The notes under the pieces were generated by a model. It saw nothing but the letters and a program-made list of their open reading frames with translations, ran no database searches and was not told the DNA's origin. Shown in pieces: positions 27,164-36,705 of a stretch of 64,000 nucleotides of DNA. This DNA is from Planctomycetota bacterium (GTDB lineage: Bacteria > Planctomycetota > UBA8108 > UBA1146 > JAJFFE01): the NCBI GenBank assembly GCA_050246115.1, contig JBFWWP010000023.1:24278-88277 (forward strand), given 5' to 3'. Position 1 is the stretch's first letter. Every line of letters begins with the position of its first letter. Position numbers and translations under genes: made by a program.

Positions 27164-29575
27164 CTACGGACACGGCGGGAAGCTCGCGCAGCCGAGGCCA
27201 TCGGCCGTGGGATCGGCGCCGCAGTTCGGGTGCGGGGCTGGCAGCGGCGGCCCAGCAGAGAAGAGGCGAGCTAGGCTCGAAACCGGGTCGCTCACGTTGA
27301 CGTTCGAGTCGTCGTTCGCGTCCGCGGCGTCGAGGCAAGGCGGCATGGTGCCCGCCGAGAACAGGAAACTCAGCGTGGAAACGACGTCGGCGAGGTTGAA
27401 GGCCCCGTCGGCGTTGGCGTCCCCGCGAACGAAGCTCGCGCCACCTCCCCCGAGCGCAATGTTGTCCAAAGTGAGCCGGCCTGGCCCGAACAGATTGTCG
27501 GCGCTGAGCACGCCCACTCGAATTCGGTACTGGCCACTGCCGGTGAAACTCTGGGTCTCAGTGCCGCTCTGGCCGCTCGTGTCCGAGAGGGTGATCGGCC
27601 CAGCGACGACCGTGAGGCCAGTCACGAGGTCGATCAGGTCCCATGAGGCCGCGTCGAAGCCGGGGGCGTCGATCGACTCGTACGACCACGAGAACGATAC
27701 CGACGAACTGCCCGGCGCCGTCGTGAAGTCCTGGTCGAGCGAAGTGAACGTGACTGTCGCGGCTGAAGTGGCTGAGTCATCGCCCCCGGTCACCTGCGCA
27801 CCTCCGTCGACGAAGTCCACGGAGCCGTTGCGGCTCGCGTCGCGGACGCACCAGGGGATGCCGGTGGGATCGGCGAAGGTGCCGTTCGTGAGCGGACCGG
27901 GCAGTTCGTCACAAACGACGCTGACTCCGGAGAACGTGGAGATGCCGGGCCCGAAGGTGTTGTCGACCGTGAAGGTGCCGAGGCGCAGCAGGTATTGCCC
28001 CTCGCCTGCGAACGGCGTGTTCACCACACCGGAGGCGCCGTTTGCGCTCGCGAGCGTGACGGGGCCACCGACGACGGACAAGCCGGTGGACACGTCGATG
28101 AGATCCCAGAAGGCACCGTCGAACCCTGCCAAGTCGACCGTGGAGAACGACCACGCAAAGCCGATGCGGTGGATCGAACCGGTGTGCAGATCGAACGCCT
28201 GCTGGACATACGTCTGGCTGGGCGCGCCGGATCCGTCGTCACCGCCCGTGACCTCAGCCATGCCGCCCGCCAAGTCGACCGCCCCGTTCTGCGAGCCATC
28301 GACTTCGCACCAGACCTCCGCCGCGAACCCGTCGAAAGCGCCGCTGCGAAATGTCGTCGATGCAGGCCGCCCGAACACGTCGGCCGCGCCGGTGTTGAAG
28401 GCGCCGGCGGTGTGCCCGAATGGGTGGCCGACGACGATGCTACCGGCCGCTACCGCGACGGCGCCCCCGAAGAGGTTGAAGGCACTCGGGCTCAGAGTGT
28501 CGAGGGTCCGATCGCGGAGCCATGAGGTGCCGTCGAATCGATACGAGTAGGCTCGCCCGAGAGGGTCGGGTCCGCTTGCCGATGGCGCCCCGACGGCGGC
28601 GAATCCGCCGTCGATGGCGACAGCGGCCCCGAAGCGGTCGAAAGCGAACTCAGCGATGAGCTTCTGCTCCTGCGACCAGCCCGCGGGTGACCGCCGAAAC
28701 AAATAGGCTGCGCCGGCCGACGGGCCGACCTGGTTCTCCCGCTCCGCACCGATGATGATCACGTCGCCGTCGATCGCGACAGAGGCACCGAATTCGTCGT
28801 TCACCCCCGTGTCATTGCCGGTCAGGATCGGCAACTGTTGGGTCCAGGAGGCTCCGTTGAATTCGAAGACATACGCACTCCCGGCGGACCCATTGTTCAG
28901 GTTGGCTCCGACGACGATCGATTCCCCCGACACATCGACCGAGACTCCGAAGTTGTCGAAGCCAACCCCATCGCTGGCCGACAGGATCTGCTCCTGGATC
29001 CAGGTCGTACCACTGCGCCGGAACACATAGACGAGGCCCTCCGGATCGGGGCCGTGCGCGTTCGGCGCGCCCACGACGATCACGTCGTCGTCGATCGCGA
29101 CACTCGCACCGAAGCCATCGAATGCGAACGAGTCGCTCGCCACCAACTTCTGCCGCTGGGTCCACGTGACTCCGTTGAACGTGAACACGTAAGCCGCGCC
29201 GGCGTTCGTGCCACCCTGGTCCTCGTTGGGGGCGCCGACCACGATCTCATCCCCATGGATCGCTACCGACCGACCGAACGAGTCCCCCGCTGCGAGATCG
29301 ACGGCGAGTAGCTTCTGGCGGAAGCTCCAAGAAGTTCCGTTGAAGCCATACACATAGACCACCCCGCTGTTCGCGCCCCCATCGTCACCTCCCGGCGCCC
29401 CGAACACGGCGGCCCGGTCGTCGAGCGCGACGGCCCTCCCGAACTGGTCGTCGGTCTCGAAGTCGGGAGCGAAGAGCCGGGTCACACACTGCCCCTCGAC
29501 AACCGTCGACACCCCGAGGATGGCCAGGGCGACCACCCATCCCAACTGTCCGCCCCGTCGTACCCGAACGTTCAT
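27164..29575 (-). CDS. Secreted FG-GAP (integrin-alpha-like) beta-propeller protein with C-terminal dockerin-like domain
   Basis: About seven FG.(S/A)V(A/D)..G...VGA repeats, two duplicated beta-sandwich units, FVRGDANADG...CLDAADANDD...CGADPT. Confidence 0.85.
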   Translation of the reverse strand: MNVRVRRGGQLGWVVALAILGVSTVVEGQCVTRLFAPDFETDDQFGRAVALDDRAAVFGAPGGDDGGANSGVVYVYGFNGTSWSFRQKLLAVDLAAGDSFGRSVAIHGDEIVVGAPNEDQGGTNAGAAYVFTFNGVTWTQRQKLVASDSFAFDGFGASVAIDDDVIVVGAPNAHGPDPEGLVYVFRRSGTTWIQEQILSASDGVGFDNFGVSVDVSGESIVVGANLNNGSAGSAYVFEFNGASWTQQLPILTGNDTGVNDEFGASVAIDGDVIIIGAERENQVGPSAGAAYLFRRSPAGWSQEQKLIAEFAFDRFGAAVAIDGGFAAVGAPSASGPDPLGRAYSYRFDGTSWLRDRTLDTLSPSAFNLFGGAVAVAAGSIVVGHPFGHTAGAFNTGAADVFGRPASTTFRSGAFDGFAAEVWCEVDGSQNGAVDLAGGMAEVTGGDDGSGAPSQTYVQQAFDLHTGSIHRIGFAWSFSTVDLAGFDGAFWDLIDVSTGLSVVGGPVTLASANGASGVVNTPFAGEGQYLLRLGTFTVDNTFGPGISTFSGVSVVCDELPGPLTNGTFADPTGIPWCVRDASRNGSVDFVDGGAQVTGGDDSATSAATVTFTSLDQDFTTAPGSSSVSFSWSYESIDAPGFDAASWDLIDLVTGLTVVAGPITLSDTSGQSGTETQSFTGSGQYRIRVGVLSADNLFGPGRLTLDNIALGGGGASFVRGDANADGAFNLADVVSTLSFLFSAGTMPPCLDAADANDDSNVNVSDPVSSLARLFSAGPPLPAPHPNCGADPTADGLGCASFPPCP

Positions 29576-30036
29576 GTCGTCGTCCTTTCAGCCGTGAGTT
29601 GGAGCAAGCCCGACTTCCTGCACTGCCTTCGGCGTCGAGCCCGAGCGCGGCAGACCGTCGTCGCTCCTTGCAACTGCAACCGCTGTCGGCCCGTGACTCG
29701 GAATTCCGATGAGCTTGCAGTCGGGCTCGGCCTCGAGCCTCCCGGCGTGACCAGGACACGATCGCAACAAGTTTCCAGAGAAACACGTACGAGTATTGTG
29801 AGGATTCGTCGTTGAAATTGGGTGGCAAGGAGCTGTACACTCACGACCGCTCAAAATCGACTTTACGCAAAATTCGTAATCAGCAGAGAGCGGAATCGAA
29901 GGGCTGCCCGCCCCCGACGACTCGCACGGCTTCGACCCTACGCATTCGTGATTTCGTCCCGACTCCTTCGGCGAGCCCCACAGTGGGGCCTGTCGTCGGG
30001 ACCCTCACGGATGTCCAACCATCCCCGGAGGTGGTC

Positions 30037-32820
30037 ATGGAGTCCCGTGGTGTACGTCGTTCGCTTCGTCATGTGACCCTCGCGGCGGCGTTCGCGATCT
30101 TCGCGTTCGTCGATTCAGCCGCTGCGATGAACGCGCTGTATCGACTGAGGGTCCACACCGAGACCCGACCTGGCTCGAACGCCCTCGTGTCGGCAACCGT
30201 GTACCTGGACAATACGACCTACCCGATGCCCGCAGGGGGCGACCCCAATGCAGCCCTTCGAACCGTTCACGGAGTGTTCTTCGGACTCCAGGTGCCCAAC
30301 GGGTACGAACTCGTCTCCTACCGAGTCGGCGCGGCCATCACTCAAGCCTTGCAAGGTCAGGCGCCGTTCCTGCAGTCCATTCAGACGGTGCCGGGCGGCT
30401 TGACGTTCGCGATCATTCTCGATGACCAGCGGCTGCTTGGTATCCCGGCGGGGCATACCCAACCCGTCCTGGACCTGACGCTGCGCGCGATCAGCGGACC
30501 CCTCGGGAGTTTCGACCCGCGCGCGCAACTCGCCGTCGGGGGCACCCCTCCAGGACCGGCGCAACTTCGCCCGGTCGACACCTTGGGCTCGCCACTGGTT
30601 CCGATCGCACTCAACATTGCCGGCGGCGGCACGGTTCGACCGGGGGTCCGCGGGATCGTCTTGGGGGATGCGACCGTGAGTGTTGCCGCCTCGGCGGGGC
30701 CGGGCTTCCCGACCCCGACCCCCGATGAACTCGTCGTCCAAGCCCTGGGGACCGCCAGCGGGTTCGCGGGCGACGACCCCACTTCGAGTACACCTTGCGA
30801 CTTCGACCCGCCGCTCGGTACGTCTGCCGACTGGGACCTTACCGTCTGCGGTACTCCTGGTCCGGGTTGCCCGAGCCCACAGTGCGGTCCGGGGCCGGTG
30901 TACCCGACGATCACCGCCGCACTCCAAGCCTATCTCAGCCAGCCCTCACCGCCGGCCGCCCTCACGATACGCGTGATGCCGGGCACGTATCACGAGAATA
31001 TCGTGATGGACATGAGCCAGTTCCTCGCGCTCGTGCGGATCTACTCCGAGGCGGGGCCGAGCTGCACGATCATCGACGGCGGTGGCGTCGGACCCTGCGT
31101 CGAGTTGGTCCAAAGCGGCTTCGCGGGCGGCATCATCTGGTTCGGCGCCGCCGACACCGAAGATCCGACCGGCTGGCGCGGATTCACGCTGCGCAACGGC
31201 GCCGCGGTGCGGGGCGCTGGGATGTCGCTGCGGGAGCAGTCCCACCAGGTGCGGATCATGGGGAACATCATCGGCGACCCGGCCCTCCCGAACGTCGCCG
31301 AGGAGGCCGGAGGCGGGGTCTACGTCCTGGGCGGCAACCACACCTGGCTCGCCCTGAACGAAATCCGCGATAACATCGTGCTCGGAACGTCGGGGCCGGG
31401 CTATCGCGGGGCGGGCGTCGCCTTCGACCCTGCGTTCACCAAGGGCTCGACCTGGCTCACGCTCCAGAAGAACGACATCCACGGCAACGAGTTCGCGAGC
31501 GGCGGAGAGCCGCCCTCGGGACTCCCGCGCCAAGGAGGTGGCGTGTACGTGAACGCCGACGCACTCTTCGAGACCACGGTTCTGCGCATGTGCAGCAATC
31601 AAATCTACGACAACAACGCCGTGCAGGGCGGGGGCGTCTTCGTGCGCACGCGCAGCTCGGGGCCGCGCGTCGTCGCGTCGATCGTTGACAATCGGATCTT
31701 TGAGAACGACGCTTGGCTTCCCACGACTTCCGTCACTACCAGTGAGGGCTACCAAGGCGGCGGCTTGTACTTGAGCTCGCGTGACCGCAGCCGGGTGCTG
31801 GTGATTCACAACGACATCTATCAGAACGAGTCTCACGTCGATGATGGCTTACCCAGCGTCGTCCCTTCGCTCCCTCCTCACCAGGTGGGCGGCGGCCTGT
31901 ACGTCGCCGCCACCCTCGACTCCGACGATGACGAGCACGCGCTCGCGATCACCGGCAACTTCGTCCATGACAACCGAGCCGCCTACCAAGGCGGGGGCGC
32001 CTATCTCGCGCTGTTCGACGACTCCTTGAGCGGCGGCGCGCGGGCGCGCTTCCACACCAACTCGGTGACCGGAAACCGCCTTCTGGGCGCGGCGCCGTTT
32101 CCCCAGAAGCGGGGCTCGGGAACCTACTTCGCGGCCTCGCTGCTCACCGTGCCGGCTGCAAACTTCGGGGCGTCCTTCGACGCCTCGAGCAACATCGTCT
32201 GGGGCAACGAGCCACCGACCCCGACCGGCGCCCTCGACGCCTACGCCGAAGGCTTCGCGGCCGGGAGCGGACCGTTTCGCTATTCGCACCTCGAAGCGGC
32301 CACGGTTGGCGTCGCGCCCCTCTTCGGTCCCGAGTGCGCGGACGTGAATCCCGGGGTGATGAATCTCTACACCGATCCCCACCTCGCGAACGACAACTCG
32401 CCCTGTGTCGACAGCGGCGACCCCTTGCTCACCGTCGGCGACCTGATCAGCGACACCGACATCGACGGGGAGAACCGCTTCATCGACATCCCGTCGGTCG
32501 GTCCGAGCATCCTCGACCGCGGCGCCGACGAGTTCATGGGCGCCGAGTTCATCCGGGGCCTCGTGAACCCGAACTCGTCGGGCACCATCAGCATCGCCGA
32601 CGTGGTGATCATCCTCGGCTTCCTCTTCTCGTTTCAGCCGCTCCCGTGCCTCGACGCCGCGGATGTGAACGATGATGGCGTCGTAAACCTGCTCGACCCG
32701 ATCTACCTGCTCGACTACTACTACTTCTCGGGGCCGCTGCCGGCGGCGCCGTACTTCTCCTGCGGGACCGATCCTACCGTGGACTCGTTGGGCTGCATCT
32801 CGGCGCCGCTCTGCCCGTGA
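30037..32820 (+). CDS. Secreted protein: cohesin-like domain, right-handed beta-helix, C-terminal dockerin-like domain
   Basis: GGAGG RBS; ATVYLDN...HGVFFGL...LTFAIILD cohesin-like unit; PGTYHENI, GFTLRNG, repeated N.A..GGG.Y rungs, SPCVDSGD...DRGADE; FIRGLVN...CLDAADVNDDG...CGTDPT. Confidence 0.75.
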   Translation: MESRGVRRSLRHVTLAAAFAIFAFVDSAAAMNALYRLRVHTETRPGSNALVSATVYLDNTTYPMPAGGDPNAALRTVHGVFFGLQVPNGYELVSYRVGAAITQALQGQAPFLQSIQTVPGGLTFAIILDDQRLLGIPAGHTQPVLDLTLRAISGPLGSFDPRAQLAVGGTPPGPAQLRPVDTLGSPLVPIALNIAGGGTVRPGVRGIVLGDATVSVAASAGPGFPTPTPDELVVQALGTASGFAGDDPTSSTPCDFDPPLGTSADWDLTVCGTPGPGCPSPQCGPGPVYPTITAALQAYLSQPSPPAALTIRVMPGTYHENIVMDMSQFLALVRIYSEAGPSCTIIDGGGVGPCVELVQSGFAGGIIWFGAADTEDPTGWRGFTLRNGAAVRGAGMSLREQSHQVRIMGNIIGDPALPNVAEEAGGGVYVLGGNHTWLALNEIRDNIVLGTSGPGYRGAGVAFDPAFTKGSTWLTLQKNDIHGNEFASGGEPPSGLPRQGGGVYVNADALFETTVLRMCSNQIYDNNAVQGGGVFVRTRSSGPRVVASIVDNRIFENDAWLPTTSVTTSEGYQGGGLYLSSRDRSRVLVIHNDIYQNESHVDDGLPSVVPSLPPHQVGGGLYVAATLDSDDDEHALAITGNFVHDNRAAYQGGGAYLALFDDSLSGGARARFHTNSVTGNRLLGAAPFPQKRGSGTYFAASLLTVPAANFGASFDASSNIVWGNEPPTPTGALDAYAEGFAAGSGPFRYSHLEAATVGVAPLFGPECADVNPGVMNLYTDPHLANDNSPCVDSGDPLLTVGDLISDTDIDGENRFIDIPSVGPSILDRGADEFMGAEFIRGLVNPNSSGTISIADVVIILGFLFSFQPLPCLDAADVNDDGVVNLLDPIYLLDYYYFSGPLPAAPYFSCGTDPTVDSLGCISAPLCP

Positions 32821-32840
32821 GCGCGAAAGGAGTTCGAACC

Positions 32841-34610
32841 ATGAGAATGAGAACGCAACAGGGTTTTTGGCTTGGGTCGTTGGCGCTCGCGGCGCTCGGG
32901 CTCTTCGGTTTTCCTGGGGCGGCGGTTCGCGGCGCAGAGCTGCAGGCCGGCTTCCCAGTGGAACTCGCCCCGCCGGATCAGCTCGAGTCGTCGGGCCCGA
33001 TCAACATCATGGATCTCGACAATGACGGCACGCTCGAGATCCTGCAGCACGGACTGAACGGCACCATGTGGGTCCACAACCACGACGGCACCCCGTACAC
33101 CGGGTTCTCGCTGGTGTCGACCCCGCAGACCTACGTCGACGGACTCACCCAGATCTTCATGGGCGACCTCGAAGGCGATGGGCTTCCGGACGTCGTGTTC
33201 CAAGGGGTGCCGACCACGGTGCTACCGAGCACCCACGGCGTTCGGCACACGGCCTTGAATGCCGACGGATCCATCAAGCCCGGGTGGCCGATCGTTCCCG
33301 ACTCCGGCGGCACCACCAACTTCTACCGGCTCGCGGACCTCGACGGAAACGGCAGTCACGAAGTCGTGATCTTCAGCTCCGTGAGTCGGCGCCAGGTGTT
33401 CGCCTACTATGGCAACGGCCAGCCGGTCCCTGGCTGGCCCGTGACCATCCCCTGGGACACCCTGCCGTTCCCGAACAATCCCATCCTCTATTACGGGGGC
33501 TTCGCGGTCGGCGACGTCGACCTCGATGGGGCGGCGGAGGTGCTGGTGGCGGTCGCACCATACACTGGCGGAAACATGGATCCCAACCAGGCGGTGGTGA
33601 TCAACGGCGACGGCACCATCCGGGAGGGCTGGCCGAGGATCATCGGTCCGACCAGCAGTCACCAGCACCACCCGGTAGTGGTCGATCTGGACGGCCGCGG
33701 CCAGGCGGAGATCGTGTTCTTCGGCGGCATCGGAGGCGTCGCCATCTTCGACTCGTCGGGGAGCTTGGTCCACGAGCTCGGCGGTCAGACCTCATGGCCG
33801 GTGGTGCCGGTGTCGGGCATCACCTACGACGGCAACGCCGTGGGGGATCTCGAGGGCGACGGCATGGTCGAGATCGTCGCGACCAACTACAACCAGCTCC
33901 TCCGCATCAAGCCAGTCGGACCGCTGCCGCCCATGCAACCCGATGTACTGCAGACCAACCTCCCGGGCTACAGTGAGTGGCGTGGGATCTCCATCGCCGA
34001 CTTCGACGGCGACGGTCCGGCCGAGATCGCGGTCTGGAGCATCAACTACAACGGGGTGGAAGAGGCGGTGCTGCACCTCCTCGACCTGAATCTCAACGAG
34101 CGCCCCGGGTTCCCGATCCACTTCGGCACGCCGATCGTCTACGCGGGCGGCCTCCAGTATGTGACCATCCCGGCCGATCTCGACGGCGATGGCGACCTCG
34201 AACTCGTGCACGCCTACGCGACACACCTGTATGCGTGGGACATCCCCCGCACCGGCCCGGGCCCGGTCCGCATCGAGTGGGGCAACTATCACAACGATGC
34301 CGCGGGCTCCAACGACTACCACTCTCGCGCGCCGGTCGTTCGCAAGTTCATCCGCGGCGACGCGGCCGTCAGCGGTCAACTCGACCTGGCCGACGTCGTC
34401 ACCGTCGCTCAGCACCTGTTCCTGTCGACCCCGCACGGCTGCCCCGCGCAGCTCGACTTCGACGGCGACGATCACCTGAACATCGATGACGTCTTTGGCC
34501 TCGTGCAGTACCTGTTCCTCGCGGGCCCGCCGCCCGCGAACAACTTCCCGAACTGCGCGCCCATCCCGATCGACACCGACCTCGCCTGCGAAGGAGATCA
34601 CTGCCCCTGA
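32841..34610 (+). CDS. Secreted FG-GAP/VCBS-repeat protein with C-terminal dockerin-like domain, copy 1
   Basis: Seven DLD.DG..E(I/V) repeats, GWP/GFP motifs, FIRGDAAVSG...DFDGDD; AAAGGAG RBS. Confidence 0.85.
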   Translation: MRMRTQQGFWLGSLALAALGLFGFPGAAVRGAELQAGFPVELAPPDQLESSGPINIMDLDNDGTLEILQHGLNGTMWVHNHDGTPYTGFSLVSTPQTYVDGLTQIFMGDLEGDGLPDVVFQGVPTTVLPSTHGVRHTALNADGSIKPGWPIVPDSGGTTNFYRLADLDGNGSHEVVIFSSVSRRQVFAYYGNGQPVPGWPVTIPWDTLPFPNNPILYYGGFAVGDVDLDGAAEVLVAVAPYTGGNMDPNQAVVINGDGTIREGWPRIIGPTSSHQHHPVVVDLDGRGQAEIVFFGGIGGVAIFDSSGSLVHELGGQTSWPVVPVSGITYDGNAVGDLEGDGMVEIVATNYNQLLRIKPVGPLPPMQPDVLQTNLPGYSEWRGISIADFDGDGPAEIAVWSINYNGVEEAVLHLLDLNLNERPGFPIHFGTPIVYAGGLQYVTIPADLDGDGDLELVHAYATHLYAWDIPRTGPGPVRIEWGNYHNDAAGSNDYHSRAPVVRKFIRGDAAVSGQLDLADVVTVAQHLFLSTPHGCPAQLDFDGDDHLNIDDVFGLVQYLFLAGPPPANNFPNCAPIPIDTDLACEGDHCP

Positions 34611-34618
34611 GGAGTCGG

Positions 34619-34666
34619 CGTGGACGCACTCGTTCCGGAGTCCGGTCCGGATCGAGTGCGTCCACG
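34619..34666. other. Long intergenic stem-loop without U-tract
   Basis: cgtggacgcactcg-t-tccgga ... tccgga-t-cgagtgcgtccacg. Confidence 0.75.
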
Positions 34667-34851
34667 AGTGCCGATGGCAACGGGCGTGACTGCGCCCGCG
34701 CACGGTTGGGTTTCGAAGCGGAAGGCGCTTTGCTTTCGGGGGTGGGTGATCGCTTCGGAGAGAGCCCAAGGCGTTGGTGAGCGCGAAGGGGTCGAGAGGA
34801 GCACCGAGTGCAGAAGCGAAGTGCGAACCAAACGAAGGGCGGGATGACGCG

Positions 34852-36609
34852 ATGACTTCGTACCACAGCGGGCTTGGGTCGTTGGCGCTCGCGGCGCTCG
34901 GGCTCTTCGGTTTTTCTGGGGCCGCGGTTCACGGCGCAGAGCTGCAGGCCGGCTTCCCAGTCGAGCTTGCCCCGCCGGATCAGCTCCAGTCATCGGGCCC
35001 GATCAACATCATGGATCTCGACAATGACGGCACCCTCGAGATCCTGCAGCACGGACTGAACGGCACCATGTGGGTCCACAACCATGACGGCACCCCGTAC
35101 ACCGGGTTCTCGCTGGTGTCGACCCCGCAGACCTACGTCGACGGACTCACCCAGATCTTCATGGGCGACGTCGAAGGCGATGGGCTTCCGGACGTCGTGT
35201 TCCAAGGGTTGCCGATCACGATACTACCCAGCACTCACGGCCTCCTACATGCGGCCTTGAACGCCGACGGGTCCATCAAATCCGGGTGGCCGGTCGTTCC
35301 CGACTCGGGTCCGAGCAACTTCTACCGGCTCGGAGACCTTGACGGAGACGGCAGTCACGAAGTCGTGATCTTCAGCTCCGTGAGTCGGCGCCAGGTGTTT
35401 GCCTACTACGGCAATGGCCAGCCGGTCCCCGGCTGGCCGGCGACCATCCCCTGGAACACCCTGCCGTTCCCGAACGATCCGGACCTTTTCTACGGGGGCT
35501 TCGCGGTCGGCGACGTCGACCTCGATGGGGCGGCGGAGGTGCTGGTGGCGGTCGCACCGTACACTGGCGGAAACATGGATCCTAACCAGGCGGTGGTGAT
35601 CAACGGCGACGGCACCATCCGGGAGGGCTGGCCGAGGATCATCGGTCCGACCAGCAGTCACCAGCACCACCCGGTAGTGGTCGATCTGGACGGCCGCGGC
35701 CAGGCGGAAATCGTGTTCTTCGGCGGCATCGGAGGCGTCGCCATCTTCGACTCGTCGGGGAGCTTGGTCCACGAGCTCGGCGGTCAGACCTCATGGCCGG
35801 TGGTGCCGGTGTCGGGCATCACCTACGACGGCAACGCCGTGGGGGATCTCGAGGGCGACGGCATGGTCGAGATCGTCGCGACCAACTACAACCAGCTCCT
35901 CCGCATCAAGCCAGTCGGACCGCTGCCGCCCATGCAACCCGATGTACTGCAGACCAACCTCCCGGGCTACAGTGAGTGGCGTGGGATCTCCATCGCCGAC
36001 TTCGACGGCGACGGTCCGGCCGAGATCGCGGTCTGGAGCATCAACTACAACGGGGTGGAAGAGGCGGTGCTGCACCTCCTCGACCTGAATCTCAACGAGC
36101 GCCCCGGGTTCCCGATCCACTTCGGCACGCCGATCGTCTACGCGGGCGGCCTCCAGTATGTGACCATCCCGGCCGATCTCGACGGCGATGGCGACCTCGA
36201 ACTCGTGCACGCCTACGCGACACACCTGTATGCGTGGGACATCCCCCGCACCGGCCCGGGCCCGGTCCGCATCGAGTGGGGCAACTATCACAACGATGCC
36301 GCGGGCTCCAACGACTACCACTCTCGCGCGCCGGTCGTTCGCAAGTTCATCCGCGGCGACGCGGCCGTCAGCGGTCAACTCGACCTGGCCGACGTCGTCA
36401 CCGTCGCTCAGCACCTGTTCCTGTCGACCCCGCACGGCTGCCCCGCGCAGCTCGACTTCGACGGCGACGATCACCTGAACATCGATGACGTCTTTGGCCT
36501 CGTGCAGTACCTGTTCCTCGCGGGCCCGCCGCCCGCGAACAACTTCCCGAACTGCACGCCCATCCCGATCGACACCGACCTCGCCTGTGAAGGAGATCAC
36601 TGCCCCTGA
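34852..36609 (+). CDS. Secreted FG-GAP/VCBS-repeat protein with C-terminal dockerin-like domain, copy 2
   Basis: Near-identical tandem duplicate of 32841-34610 (offset 1999 bp in the 3' part). Confidence 0.85.
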   Translation: MTSYHSGLGSLALAALGLFGFSGAAVHGAELQAGFPVELAPPDQLQSSGPINIMDLDNDGTLEILQHGLNGTMWVHNHDGTPYTGFSLVSTPQTYVDGLTQIFMGDVEGDGLPDVVFQGLPITILPSTHGLLHAALNADGSIKSGWPVVPDSGPSNFYRLGDLDGDGSHEVVIFSSVSRRQVFAYYGNGQPVPGWPATIPWNTLPFPNDPDLFYGGFAVGDVDLDGAAEVLVAVAPYTGGNMDPNQAVVINGDGTIREGWPRIIGPTSSHQHHPVVVDLDGRGQAEIVFFGGIGGVAIFDSSGSLVHELGGQTSWPVVPVSGITYDGNAVGDLEGDGMVEIVATNYNQLLRIKPVGPLPPMQPDVLQTNLPGYSEWRGISIADFDGDGPAEIAVWSINYNGVEEAVLHLLDLNLNERPGFPIHFGTPIVYAGGLQYVTIPADLDGDGDLELVHAYATHLYAWDIPRTGPGPVRIEWGNYHNDAAGSNDYHSRAPVVRKFIRGDAAVSGQLDLADVVTVAQHLFLSTPHGCPAQLDFDGDDHLNIDDVFGLVQYLFLAGPPPANNFPNCTPIPIDTDLACEGDHCP

Positions 36610-36705
36610 GGAGTCGGAGCACGGCCGGAGCACGGCCCGGCCGAGGGAAGATTCCCCCGCGTTCGACAAGCTCACGGGTGAGTGAGTCCGGATCCCGAGC
36701 GAGCC

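Noticed and set aside
26799-28550. Long antisense or alternate-frame ORFs (also 8541-10163, 44466-46076, 46338-48422, 58560-60488, 61354-63123)
   Set aside because: Shadow ORFs expected at high GC, overlapping well-supported genes, with no motifs.
32841-36609. Diversity-generating retroelement template/variable repeat pair
   Set aside because: Differences are not adenine-specific, many are synonymous, whole genes are duplicated, and no reverse transcriptase is present.
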